Virus record (IMG/VR): IMGVR_UViG_3300013093_000017
Span: 165,676 to 229,675 of that record
Length of the DNA: 64,000 nucleotides
Direction: 5' to 3' (one strand)
This document shows positions 29,288 to 39,041 of the stretch, piece by piece. The notes under the pieces were generated by a model. The model ran no database searches and was not told the DNA's origin. It saw nothing but the letters and a program-made list of their open reading frames with translations. Positions within the stretch are counted from its first letter, which is position 1. Each line of letters begins with the position of its first letter. The position numbers and the translations under genes are program-made.

Positions 29288-30529
29288 ATGAGAATGTCGC
29301 AAATTATCAGCGAGTCGTATCTATACGAAGGGTTAGATAACAGTGCTACTCACACTATGCGTCTATGGGAAAATGCCGGTCGTAAGATTGTAGAAGCAAA
29401 CTTAGACGCAGCAACTATTCAAAAAATATTCACAGCAGCAGAACAAGGTGCAAGTGCAGGTGGTGATAATCGTACCTTACTTGGCCTAGGTAAAGATGCT
29501 GCTACCGCTGTAAAATCAGCCTATGACGATCTAGTAAGCAAAGTACAAAATAGTGGCCCAATTAACGGCATTGATGCCAAATACGATCTGGCTGCTGAAA
29601 AATTAAAAGCTGCTACTGGTGGTGATCAAGGTGTGATGAAGTATGTACAAAAGTATAGAGACTTTGCTAAAGCACACCCTATTGCACAAAGTTTAATCTA
29701 TTCAGCATTAATAGCAGCCGCAGGTATTAGTGGTGCAGGAGCAGGTGGCGCAGCAGCACTAGGCTTGCTAAAAATGACCGACAAATTATTACAAGGTGAG
29801 AAATTTAGTACCTCAGTTGGTAAAGGTTTAGCCACAGGCGGTATGGCATTTGCAGCTAGTAAGTTAGGTGATCTAATCAAAGGAGTTAAACCTGGCGAAC
29901 AAGTTCCTCCACCAAGTGCAGGTGCAGCAGGTAATCCAAACTATTCTAAGCTCGATTTTGCTCATAACGATTATTATCTAAGTCCAAGAGGTGATATGAC
30001 GGTAGCAGTGCCTAAAGGATACGGTAGTCCTTGGCAAGAAGGAACAAAAGCGTTTGATATTCGCCAACAATTAGCAAATGCTAATTCAGCAAACGAAAGC
30101 ATCAATTTATCTAAAGATGCCCTTGCAGAAGTGTTTGCCGCAGTTACAGTTAATATGATTAACGAAGGATTGTGGGATGCTGTTAAATCTAAAGTAGGCC
30201 AAGCAGCAGATGCAGTAGCAAGTAAAGCACAGCAAGTTGGTCAAAACTTAACTAACAAAGTTACAGCAGACAAGCTAAACAGTGCATGGCAAGCAGCAGG
30301 ATCGCCTACCGATAGTGAACAGGTTAAACAGGTGTTAATCAATGCAGGTGTACCTGAAAATGTTGTTGCAGATGTTTATAAACAAATGAAGATTACTTCA
30401 GGTAACGATCGACCTAAATTAACTGTTAAACAGATTAATCAAATTATTCTTAAATTAAGATTAAGAGATTTACAAAGTCTACAAAAATTTGTTAATGCTG
30501 CATTACAACAGCGAACAAAAACTTCTTAG
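29288..30529 (+). CDS. Putative head-internal/ejected protein
   Basis: MRMSQIISE N-terminus; repeated (L/I/N)xEG sites; hydrophobic Ala/Gly segment; C-terminal motif shared with the upstream ORF. Confidence 0.55.
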   Translation: MRMSQIISESYLYEGLDNSATHTMRLWENAGRKIVEANLDAATIQKIFTAAEQGASAGGDNRTLLGLGKDAATAVKSAYDDLVSKVQNSGPINGIDAKYDLAAEKLKAATGGDQGVMKYVQKYRDFAKAHPIAQSLIYSALIAAAGISGAGAGGAAALGLLKMTDKLLQGEKFSTSVGKGLATGGMAFAASKLGDLIKGVKPGEQVPPPSAGAAGNPNYSKLDFAHNDYYLSPRGDMTVAVPKGYGSPWQEGTKAFDIRQQLANANSANESINLSKDALAEVFAAVTVNMINEGLWDAVKSKVGQAADAVASKAQQVGQNLTNKVTADKLNSAWQAAGSPTDSEQVKQVLINAGVPENVVADVYKQMKITSGNDRPKLTVKQINQIILKLRLRDLQSLQKFVNAALQQRTKTS

Positions 30530-30744
30530 AAGAACGGTAAACCACTTTCTTTAGTGGTTTCGAGATTGCTTTCGATTATCTTACTGATAGCTTCTCGATC
30601 TTGTAGGTCTAATTCGTAGGCTTCGGTTATAGTCACACCTCCCCGCATAAACCAGCATATTCTAAATAAATCTTCTTTAACGGCTCTTGTTTCGTTTTCC
30701 ATGTCCTTGACAAGCTGGTTGATCTCGTCAAGGGATAATAACAA
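30526..30744 (-). CDS. gp51-like baseplate/tail assembly chaperone, probably expressed as a -1 frameshift extension of the gp26-like gene
   Basis: CWFMRGGVTITEAYELDLQDRE resembles gp51/tail chaperone C-termini; TTG start with no clear RBS. Confidence 0.6.
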   Translation of the reverse strand: MLLSLDEINQLVKDMENETRAVKEDLFRICWFMRGGVTITEAYELDLQDREAISKIIESNLETTKESGLPFF

Positions 30745-30749
30745 AAGCC

Positions 30750-31616
30750 TTATGCGAAAAAATTTGATTGATCAAATATAATAGGAATTTCTATTTCCTC
30801 CGGAGAACCTGATGCAATCATATCATCTGTTGCACGGACCTTTATCGGTTTAATAGAGTTTTTTTCTCTTAAATTATCTAATCTGTCTTTAATGGTATTA
30901 AAAATCTCTCGGTCACACTGATCGAAAAACTCTTTAATAAAATCAGTATCAGTGACCTGCCCAGAAGCTGTATCAATCCTGTACACTGATGATGTTACAA
31001 TTCCTAACGTTACTTCAGTTAATTTATTAAAACTGTCTTTAAATAAATTTAGTTTTTCAGCTTCTGAAATAGTATCATCACTGACAATATTCATAATGCG
31101 TTGAGTTTCAAAAGTCTCTACTCCGGCCTTAGATATTTCTTGATAAGTTAACGGTCGTACATAAGCAACTATGTTATCTCCTACTGTGATTTGTTCTTCC
31201 CAGGTAATTGTATTATATAAATTATCTAATAATAATTGTAAATTAATTGAATAAGAAGCATCTTGCCCGAATACTGTTACTGTAGTCTCCATTTCTTCTC
31301 CGTAGGTAGCCATTCGAATTGCTATTAATAGTGCATCGAGATCTAAATTTGGAGTTTTCCAAGCATCTTTAATATTAGGAATACAACTTTCCAATACATT
31401 AACAACTGCCTGGCCATTAAGCAATGCATCGGGAGTCTTTAATATTAGTTCATCTTTAGCTGTCATAGAATATACCGGGTATTCTCCGTTAGTAGAAATT
31501 TCTAAACTCCCCTCAGGCCAATATTGTCCGTTGCTTGGTAATTTAACATAAATCTTAGGTTGTCTCATTAAACTAGCCAATGGATTTACTTTAGGTTGTT
31601 GTGATGGGTTTTGCAT
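30750..31616 (-). CDS. gp26: Baseplate hub assembly protein, gp26-like
   Basis: YVKLPSNG, MTAKDELIL, DLDALLIAIR...YGE and terminal NFF motifs. Confidence 0.75.
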   Translation of the reverse strand: MQNPSQQPKVNPLASLMRQPKIYVKLPSNGQYWPEGSLEISTNGEYPVYSMTAKDELILKTPDALLNGQAVVNVLESCIPNIKDAWKTPNLDLDALLIAIRMATYGEEMETTVTVFGQDASYSINLQLLLDNLYNTITWEEQITVGDNIVAYVRPLTYQEISKAGVETFETQRIMNIVSDDTISEAEKLNLFKDSFNKLTEVTLGIVTSSVYRIDTASGQVTDTDFIKEFFDQCDREIFNTIKDRLDNLREKNSIKPIKVRATDDMIASGSPEEIEIPIIFDQSNFFA

Positions 31617-31688
31617 ATATTATACTCCGATAAATAACTATTGTAACGTATCTTTATTTATATACATACATAACTCAAGGATTTAGCA

Positions 31689-34154
31689 ATGGCTAATGTA
31701 ACAGGACAAATTGGACAAGAATCGGTAGTATTAGAAAACGCAGCCACAGAAGCTACGCTAAAACTACTATTACAAGCAGCTCTAGCCACTACCAAAGCAC
31801 AAAAAGATGCGGTTAAAGATCTTGCTACTAAAGTAATCGGTGATCCTGCTAAAGTTGAAGAATTTAATCAAGAGGTAAGTAAATCCGGAGGAGTTATAAG
31901 AACTACTGCTGGAGCTTTTGGCGGGCTTACTGCGGCTGGACAACAACTACAAGTTGGGTTTAACAAAACTGTTGACGTTGTAAGCAAATTAGTATCAGGA
32001 ACAAACCAAGCAAGTGATGTGTTTGGTGCTATGAAAAATTTACCTCTCGGTATAGGATTAGTAGCCTCTGGATTTGAAATATTAGCAAAATATCAAGAAC
32101 AACAATTAAAAGCATATCAATCGATGTCATCAGCAGGAGTAAACTTTGGTGGCAGCTTAAATGCAATGAAACTAGCTAGTTTAGAGTATGGAATGACCAT
32201 GGAACAATTCTCTAATGTGATGAAAGAGAATGGTAAAGCATTTGCATTAATGGGCCCAACAGTTGAAGCTGGAAAAAATCAATTCTTAAAAATGAATAAG
32301 GAATTGATTAACGGTGATATAGGATTACAATTAAAAAATCTAGGATTAACCGCTGAGGATATATCAAACGGATTTGCAGGATTTATACAAATGCAAGGTG
32401 GGTTAGGTGCTACTCAGATTAAAGATCAAAAAGCATTAGAAGAATCATTTCATAATTATACAAACGAATTAGATATGATGACTCGATTAACAGGTGAAAC
32501 AAGAAAAGAACAACAAGATGCACAAGCCCAACTTAAAAATGATGCAGTCTTCCAAAATGAATTAAGCAAACTAGTTGCCTCTGGAAAAATAAACGAGGCA
32601 AATCAACTTAAATTCTTAGGTGAACAAGCTAAAATAAAAGGTGCCGGAGCTTTTGATAATCTCATCGGCACGTTAACCAATACTCAACCAGTGACTGCTG
32701 CAGGAAGAGCATGGGCAGGGGTTCAGAGTGAACAAACTAGGTTACAAGGGGAATCTGTTAAATTAGCTCTTGAAGGAAAATTAAATAGTCAACAAGCAGT
32801 TAAAAGCCAGTTAGAACAACAGGCTGCGATGGCAAAAACAACTACTGCGTTCGGAGCATCAGCTTCGGTAAACGCTAGAATGAATAATGAATACACAGAA
32901 GCGATGACTGCTGGGTTAAAAGCCGAATCAAATGTTAGATTGAAAGGGCTTAATACCCAAGAAGGTATAAACGCTGCAATGGTTGCGGCACAAAAAGAAC
33001 AAGAAGATATTGCAAAAAAAGCCACAGAAGTTAAAGCCGCTAATGAACGACAAGAGGAAATGGCAAAACTATCTCAACATATAATGGAAACTTTAATCCC
33101 TATCATTAATCAAGCATTACCTCAAATGAACAAATTTATTCAAGGATTTAGTGATGCAGTAAGTTGGATGAGTAAGAATGCTAATACATTAAAGTTGATA
33201 GGTGAATCTTTATTAGCAGCGTATGTTACTGCTAAAGCAGTTCAAGGAGCAAAAGCCGCATATGGAGTCGGATCTAAAGTAGCAGAATTTATTGGAGGTG
33301 GTAAAGGTGCCGCAGGAGTAGCAGAAGGAGCAATATCAAAAGGACCGTTAGCCGCAGTTGAAGGCGCAGCAGGTGGTGGCGGAGGTATAGCAGGATTTAT
33401 ACGCAGCATGGGTATGGCATTAGCAGCACTTGGTCCCGAGGCTCCGTTAATTGCAGCCGGTGCAGCCGCAGTTGGAGCAGCTATAACATTAATCGGCGCA
33501 GGCATTGCAGGTGCAACATGGTTAATGGGCAAAGCATTACCGTCACTAGCCTCAGGATTAAAAGCGTTTGGAGATATTGACGGAGTTAATTTAATCAAAG
33601 TAGGCGCAGGAATTGCAGCACTTGGATTAGGATTAGGAGCATTCGGTGCAGGCAGTGCATTAGCCGGTGCAGGCGGAGTAATTGAAGGATTAACATCTGG
33701 ACTTGGTAAGTTATTTGGTGCTAAGAGTCCTATTGACAAGATTAAAGAATATGCTGCATTAGGTCCAAGTTTAGAAAAATCTGGTATAGGTATAATGAAA
33801 TTTAACACAGGATTAGCACAACTACTAGCCACCGATACAGGTAAAATTTACAAAGTTGCCGCAGCAATGGCTCAGCTAAAAAATAGTATACCACAAGAAA
33901 GTTTCAGTGATAGAGCCGCAAATCTGTTGACTGGGTTAGTAACAAAAGCTATTGAGCCTGCAGCCGCTACCGCTACCGCTACTACTGCTGCAACAGGAGC
34001 AGCAGGCACAATTGATGAAAATAATTTAGTCGCTCAGGTACAACGGTTAAATAGCATATCTGTAGAAATGCTTAAACATATAAAAGACACCGCAGATCAA
34101 GCGAAGAAAAATGTTGAAGCAACAAAAGCTCTTAATAGAAATGTTTGGGCATAA
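31689..34154 (+). CDS. Tail tape measure protein (gp29-like)
   Basis: 821 aa, helical and A/G/Q/K-rich, with hydrophobic Gly/Ala stretches; next to the gp26/gp51-like pair. Confidence 0.65.
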   Translation: MANVTGQIGQESVVLENAATEATLKLLLQAALATTKAQKDAVKDLATKVIGDPAKVEEFNQEVSKSGGVIRTTAGAFGGLTAAGQQLQVGFNKTVDVVSKLVSGTNQASDVFGAMKNLPLGIGLVASGFEILAKYQEQQLKAYQSMSSAGVNFGGSLNAMKLASLEYGMTMEQFSNVMKENGKAFALMGPTVEAGKNQFLKMNKELINGDIGLQLKNLGLTAEDISNGFAGFIQMQGGLGATQIKDQKALEESFHNYTNELDMMTRLTGETRKEQQDAQAQLKNDAVFQNELSKLVASGKINEANQLKFLGEQAKIKGAGAFDNLIGTLTNTQPVTAAGRAWAGVQSEQTRLQGESVKLALEGKLNSQQAVKSQLEQQAAMAKTTTAFGASASVNARMNNEYTEAMTAGLKAESNVRLKGLNTQEGINAAMVAAQKEQEDIAKKATEVKAANERQEEMAKLSQHIMETLIPIINQALPQMNKFIQGFSDAVSWMSKNANTLKLIGESLLAAYVTAKAVQGAKAAYGVGSKVAEFIGGGKGAAGVAEGAISKGPLAAVEGAAGGGGGIAGFIRSMGMALAALGPEAPLIAAGAAAVGAAITLIGAGIAGATWLMGKALPSLASGLKAFGDIDGVNLIKVGAGIAALGLGLGAFGAGSALAGAGGVIEGLTSGLGKLFGAKSPIDKIKEYAALGPSLEKSGIGIMKFNTGLAQLLATDTGKIYKVAAAMAQLKNSIPQESFSDRAANLLTGLVTKAIEPAAATATATTAATGAAGTIDENNLVAQVQRLNSISVEMLKHIKDTADQAKKNVEATKALNRNVWA

Positions 34155-34170
34155 TAAAGGAATATATTAG

Positions 34171-35904
34171 ATGTCATGGAAACGTTATTTTACTCCGGTA
34201 GCCACTGGATCACAAAGCGCAATTAGCGGCGCTAACCGAGCAAACCCAACTCGCTCTAATTACTCAAGCTATTTGCCAGATGTTTACAGCGGTCATCCGA
34301 ACAGACTAGAACGCTACAGCCAATACGATACTATGGACATGGATCCAGAAGTAAATGCGGCTTTTGATATTCTTGCTGAATTCTGTACACAGGTAAATGA
34401 AGAAAATCAAACTCCATTTCATGTATTCTTTAAAGAACAAGCAACTCCTACAGAAATTAAGATTATTAAGAAGTACTTACAACAGTGGACTAAACTAAAC
34501 AAGTTTGGTAATAGAATCTTTAAAGTCATACGTAACACATTCAAATACGGTGACTGTTTCTTTATCCGTGATCCAGAAACACAAGCATGGATGTATATTG
34601 ATCCAAGTAAGATTGACAAAATTATTGTTAATGAAAGTGAAGGTAAGAAACCAGAACAGTATGTTGTTCGTGACCTAAACATTAACTTTCAAAATCTAAC
34701 GGTCACACAGATCAACCCAAGTAATCAAAATGCTACACCAGGTGGTACTGCTTATGTAACAGGCGGCGTACACCAACGAGGTATGGTGGGTGCTTATCCA
34801 CAAAGCTCAGGTAGTCGTTTTGCTATTAATCAAAACCAATGGGCAATTGATGCAGAACACGTTATTCACCTATCATTAAGCGAAGGACTAGATAACAATT
34901 TCCCATTTGGTAACAGCCTAATGGAAACGATTTTCAAAGTTTATAAACAAAAAGAATTGCTTGAAGATGCTATTATTATCTACCGTGTACAACGTGCGCC
35001 AGAACGTCGTGTGTTCTATATTGACGTAGGTAATATGCCCAGCCACTTGGCCATGAGCTTTGTTGAGCGTGTTAAGAACGAAGTAAATCAAAGACGTATT
35101 CCAAGCGTAACAGGCGGCGGCCAAAGTGTTATTGATGCAGGATATAATCCACTTTCGATCAACGAAGATTACTTCTTTCCACAAACAGCAGAAGGCCGTG
35201 GATCAAAAGTTGACATTCTACCAGGCGGTACTAATCTAGGTGAGATCAGCGATTTGCTATTCTTTACACAAAAACTAATGCGTGCCCTACGTATACCAAG
35301 TAGCTACTTGCCTACCGGTACAGATGACAGCGCAGCACAATTTAGCGACGGCCGTGTTGGTACAGCATACATTCAAGAGCTACGCTTTAACAAATACTGC
35401 GAACGCTTACAAAGCCTAGTTAATGAACAATTTGATATAGAATTTAAAGATTACCTATTTAAGAAAGGTATGAATATTGATCCTAATCTGTTTGATCTTA
35501 AATTCAATCCTCCACAAAACTTTGCTGCTTATCGCCAAGCGGAAATGGATACAGCACGTATTCAAAACTACGCAGGTCTAGCAGAAGTGCCATTTATGAG
35601 CAAACGCTTTGCACTTAAACGCTTCTTAGGATTATCACAAGAAGAGATTGCAGAAAATGAACAAATGTGGCGTGAAGAGAATGTTGATAGTGAAACTAAC
35701 CTAAGCGCACAAGCAGAAATGCGTTCAATGGGGGTTACCAGCGCAGGCCTAAGCAACGATGCAGAAACACTTGGTTCTAGCGATACAGGTCCAGAAGATC
35801 TACAAATGGACGGTATGCCAGAAGGTCCTTCAAGCAGTGTGCCTAATACTCCAGCAACTCCAGCAGCTGGTGGCGGTGCAGGTGGCGGTGCAGGTGGAAT
35901 GTGA
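34171..35904 (+). CDS. gp20: Portal protein
   Basis: LLEDAIIIYRVQRAPERRVFYIDVGNMP, EDYFFP and LPGG motifs. Confidence 0.95.
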   Translation: MSWKRYFTPVATGSQSAISGANRANPTRSNYSSYLPDVYSGHPNRLERYSQYDTMDMDPEVNAAFDILAEFCTQVNEENQTPFHVFFKEQATPTEIKIIKKYLQQWTKLNKFGNRIFKVIRNTFKYGDCFFIRDPETQAWMYIDPSKIDKIIVNESEGKKPEQYVVRDLNINFQNLTVTQINPSNQNATPGGTAYVTGGVHQRGMVGAYPQSSGSRFAINQNQWAIDAEHVIHLSLSEGLDNNFPFGNSLMETIFKVYKQKELLEDAIIIYRVQRAPERRVFYIDVGNMPSHLAMSFVERVKNEVNQRRIPSVTGGGQSVIDAGYNPLSINEDYFFPQTAEGRGSKVDILPGGTNLGEISDLLFFTQKLMRALRIPSSYLPTGTDDSAAQFSDGRVGTAYIQELRFNKYCERLQSLVNEQFDIEFKDYLFKKGMNIDPNLFDLKFNPPQNFAAYRQAEMDTARIQNYAGLAEVPFMSKRFALKRFLGLSQEEIAENEQMWREENVDSETNLSAQAEMRSMGVTSAGLSNDAETLGSSDTGPEDLQMDGMPEGPSSSVPNTPATPAAGGGAGGGAGGM

Positions 35905-35915
35905 TAAATAATCAT

Positions 35916-36158
35916 ATGCTATTAAACGAATTCATGTACTTTAACGCTGATCAAGCAGAAATGACCGATTCGGGTCGTTATGATTCATCGCACGACACTG
36001 GTGTAATCAAATCAACTGATTTGAGAAAAAGCCGATTGACGTTGAAAATGCTTAACGATCTACGCAAAGCAGGTGATGCCCGCGAACGTGAACAAAAAGA
36101 AGAGTTAGCATTGGTTCGTACCATGTACGCAACACCGACAGAAGAAACTCCGCAATAA
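35916..36158 (+). CDS. Small prohead core protein
   Basis: Between portal and protease; ATG 35916 lies 5 nt after TAAATA; MLLNE N-terminus. Confidence 0.6.
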   Translation: MLLNEFMYFNADQAEMTDSGRYDSSHDTGVIKSTDLRKSRLTLKMLNDLRKAGDAREREQKEELALVRTMYATPTEETPQ

Positions 36159-36302
36159 TTATTAAAATTGCAAAAAGTTTCAAATATTCCCACACCTCTA
36201 AGCCAAAACGAGCCGTTTTTGGCCTATTTCATATAAGTATATCAGAATGGCTGTAAATATACTCGACAGCCTTGCCAGTTGAACTTAATTAAGGAGACCG
36301 TA

Positions 36303-37265
36303 ATGTCTAGCAAATTTGAGCAATTATTAGACCTTCTAGTAAACGAAGAACACGAAAAAGCTAACGAGCTATTTCACGAAATCGTTATAGAAAAGTCTAG
36401 AGAAATTTATGATACAATGATCGCTGAAGAAGCGAAAGAAGAAGATGAAGAAGAAATGGACGAAGCTCGTGACGAAGAAGATGACGAGTCAGTTGAAGAA
36501 TCATCTGAAGATGAAGAAGAAGATGAATCAGTTGAAGAAGGTTTTGGCGATTCAGAAGAAAGCATGTACGAGATTGGTGGTGAAGAAGAATTAGGTGGTG
36601 ACGCAAGTGACGACCTAGTACACGACATCGAAGATCACGATGCAATGGGCCAAGACGACGAAGAAGGTGGTGACGAGCCAGCTACTAAAGATGACGTTCT
36701 TGACATTGCTGATGCATTAGAAGAATTAAAAGCAGAATTCCAAGCTCTATTAGCTGGTGAAAAACATGAAGAAGAAGAAAACCCAGATATCCATGGTGGC
36801 GCTCTTGATTCATTAGATTCAGAAGAAGATAGTGAAGAAGATGACGAAGAAGCTGACGAACAATTCATGCGTGAATACCGTGAAGTAGTTGGTAAGCCAT
36901 ATGCTGGTGGTAAAGTTGCTGGTAAGAGCGAAGAAGCTTCTACTAACAAATCAAGCGTAGTTAGCTCAGCTAAAGGTCGCCCATCATCAGATGCTACTGC
37001 ACACAATATCACACAAGGTGGTAAAGGTGAAGGCGCAATGGACGGCGAACGTACAAACGCAGGTGCTATTCCTAAAAGTTTAGCTGGCGGTGTTAAAGGT
37101 GAATTTACTAAAGGTGTTGAAAAGAACATTTCTAGCAAATCAACTACTAGCATGAAAGACGGCGGTGCTTTAAACAAAGTAGCAGCTGGTCACGGCGCTG
37201 AAAAGAAAGGCAGCGGTGAAGTTGGTGGTACTAACACTAAACCAATCGTTGACAAGAAACAATAA
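36303..37265 (+). CDS. Acidic prohead core protein (gp67/gp68-like position)
   Basis: D/E-rich; AAGGAG before ATG 36303; in the head module. Confidence 0.6.
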   Translation: MSSKFEQLLDLLVNEEHEKANELFHEIVIEKSREIYDTMIAEEAKEEDEEEMDEARDEEDDESVEESSEDEEEDESVEEGFGDSEESMYEIGGEEELGGDASDDLVHDIEDHDAMGQDDEEGGDEPATKDDVLDIADALEELKAEFQALLAGEKHEEEENPDIHGGALDSLDSEEDSEEDDEEADEQFMREYREVVGKPYAGGKVAGKSEEASTNKSSVVSSAKGRPSSDATAHNITQGGKGEGAMDGERTNAGAIPKSLAGGVKGEFTKGVEKNISSKSTTSMKDGGALNKVAAGHGAEKKGSGEVGGTNTKPIVDKKQ

Positions 37266-37278
37266 TTAGGAAAATTAG

Positions 37279-37911
37279 ATGAACAAAATTCAATATCTAA
37301 GAGAAAACCTAAGTTTTGATCAAGCTCGTGTTGTATTAGAGAGCGATGACAAAGATGGTAAAAACCTTTACCTAAAGGGAATTGCTATTCAAGGCGGTAT
37401 CCGTAATGCTAATCAACGGGTTTATCCTGTTAATGAAATTACTAATGCTGTTAAGACATTAAATGATCAAATACAAAATGGGTATTCTGTATTAGGTGAA
37501 GTTGATCATCCAGATGACCTTAAAGTGAACTTGGACCGTGTAAGTCACATGATTACAGATATGTGGATGGACGGTCCGAACGGTTATGGTAAGATGAAAG
37601 TCTTACCTACTCCGATGGGTAACTTAATCCGTACTATGCTTGAAAGCGGTGTAAAACTAGGAGTTAGTAGCAGAGGTAGCGGCAACGTTAACGATGCAAC
37701 TGGCGAAGTAGCTGATTTCGAGATTATTACAGTGGATATAGTTGCACAACCTTCTGCGCCAGGAGCTTATCCTACGCCAGTTTACGAGCATCTTATGAAT
37801 ATGAGAGGCGGTAATCGAGCAATTGGGGTGGCGCGAGAAGTAAATCAAGATCCGAAAGCACAAAAGTATCTCCGTGAGGCGATGCTGAATATAATTAACG
37901 GTTTGAAATAA
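37279..37911 (+). CDS. gp21: Prohead protease
   Basis: NANQRVYP, LGEVDHP, VSH, LGVSSRGSG and DIVAQPSAPGA motifs. Confidence 0.93.
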   Translation: MNKIQYLRENLSFDQARVVLESDDKDGKNLYLKGIAIQGGIRNANQRVYPVNEITNAVKTLNDQIQNGYSVLGEVDHPDDLKVNLDRVSHMITDMWMDGPNGYGKMKVLPTPMGNLIRTMLESGVKLGVSSRGSGNVNDATGEVADFEIITVDIVAQPSAPGAYPTPVYEHLMNMRGGNRAIGVAREVNQDPKAQKYLREAMLNIINGLK

Positions 37912-37931
37912 CCGGATAGGAGAACGTGATA

Positions 37932-39020
37932 ATGGACGCATTCAACCAATTAGTAGAAAGTGGCGTGATGACAGAAGAAACTAAATCTGTTATTGAATCA
38001 GCTTTCAATACTAAGATTCAAGAGAATCGCGACCTAGTCACCGCTGAACTTCGAGAAGAATTTGCTCAAAAATACAGTCACGATAAGACTGTTATGGTTG
38101 AAGCAATCGACAAGATGTTAAGTGAGCGATTAGCCGCAGAAATGGCTGAACTTGCTGAAGATAAAAATGCATTAGCGGAAGCTAAAGTTGCTTATCACAA
38201 CAAGATGGCATCAGATGCCAAAGTGATGGAAACATTCATCATGAATCAGCTAGGAAAAGAAATGGTAGAGTTCCAAAACGATCGTAAGAAAGTTGCGGAA
38301 AACTTCCAAAAGATGGAAGACTTCATTGTACATGCATTAGCTAGAGAAGTAACAGAATTTGCACAAGACAAGAAAGACTTAGCAGAAGCTAAAGTTAAAC
38401 TTGTTAAGGAAGCTAAAGCACGTTTTGAAGATATCAAGCATCAATTTATTAAACGTAGTACACAAGTAGTTGAAAACGTAGTTACTAAAAAATTAACATC
38501 TGAAATCAAGCAATTGAAAGAAGATATTGATAGTGCTCGTCAAAGCGATTTTGGACGTCGTTTATTTGAAGCATTTGCAACAGAATATTCTACATCATTA
38601 CTAAACGATAAATCAGAAACAAGTAAATTGTTAAAGGTTATCGAGAAGAAAGATTTAGAGTTAGCTGAAGCAAAACAAGCATTGTCACAGAAAGAAACTA
38701 TTGTTGAATCTAAAGAACGCGAAATTCGTGTTGCTAAAGATCTAGCAGAGCGTAAGGCTGTGATGAGTGAACTATTAGCACCGTTAGGCGCTGATAAAAG
38801 AGAACTTATGCGTGACCTATTAGAAAGTGTGCAAACACAACGATTAGCGACTGCATTTGACAAATACCTACCCGCAGTAATGGAAGGCGAGAGCAAAAAA
38901 GCAGCGAAAGCTACTTTAACTGAAAGTACTGCTGTAACAGGCGACCGTAAAGTTTCGAGTCAATCACAGGTAGGCTTAGATAATATTTTAGATATCCGCA
39001 AACTAGCGGGTTTAAAATAA
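37932..39020 (+). CDS. gp22: Prohead core scaffold protein
   Basis: Coiled-coil protein between gp21 and gp23; FGRRLFEAF; LTE sites. Confidence 0.75.
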   Translation: MDAFNQLVESGVMTEETKSVIESAFNTKIQENRDLVTAELREEFAQKYSHDKTVMVEAIDKMLSERLAAEMAELAEDKNALAEAKVAYHNKMASDAKVMETFIMNQLGKEMVEFQNDRKKVAENFQKMEDFIVHALAREVTEFAQDKKDLAEAKVKLVKEAKARFEDIKHQFIKRSTQVVENVVTKKLTSEIKQLKEDIDSARQSDFGRRLFEAFATEYSTSLLNDKSETSKLLKVIEKKDLELAEAKQALSQKETIVESKEREIRVAKDLAERKAVMSELLAPLGADKRELMRDLLESVQTQRLATAFDKYLPAVMEGESKKAAKATLTESTAVTGDRKVSSQSQVGLDNILDIRKLAGLK

Positions 39021-39041
39021 TTTAATTCAAGGAGACATTAA

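Noticed and set aside
36197-36224. Hairpin GCCAAAA...TTTTTGGC upstream of the acidic core gene
   Set aside because: A single modest stem without a U-tract; not enough to call a terminator or an RNA motif.
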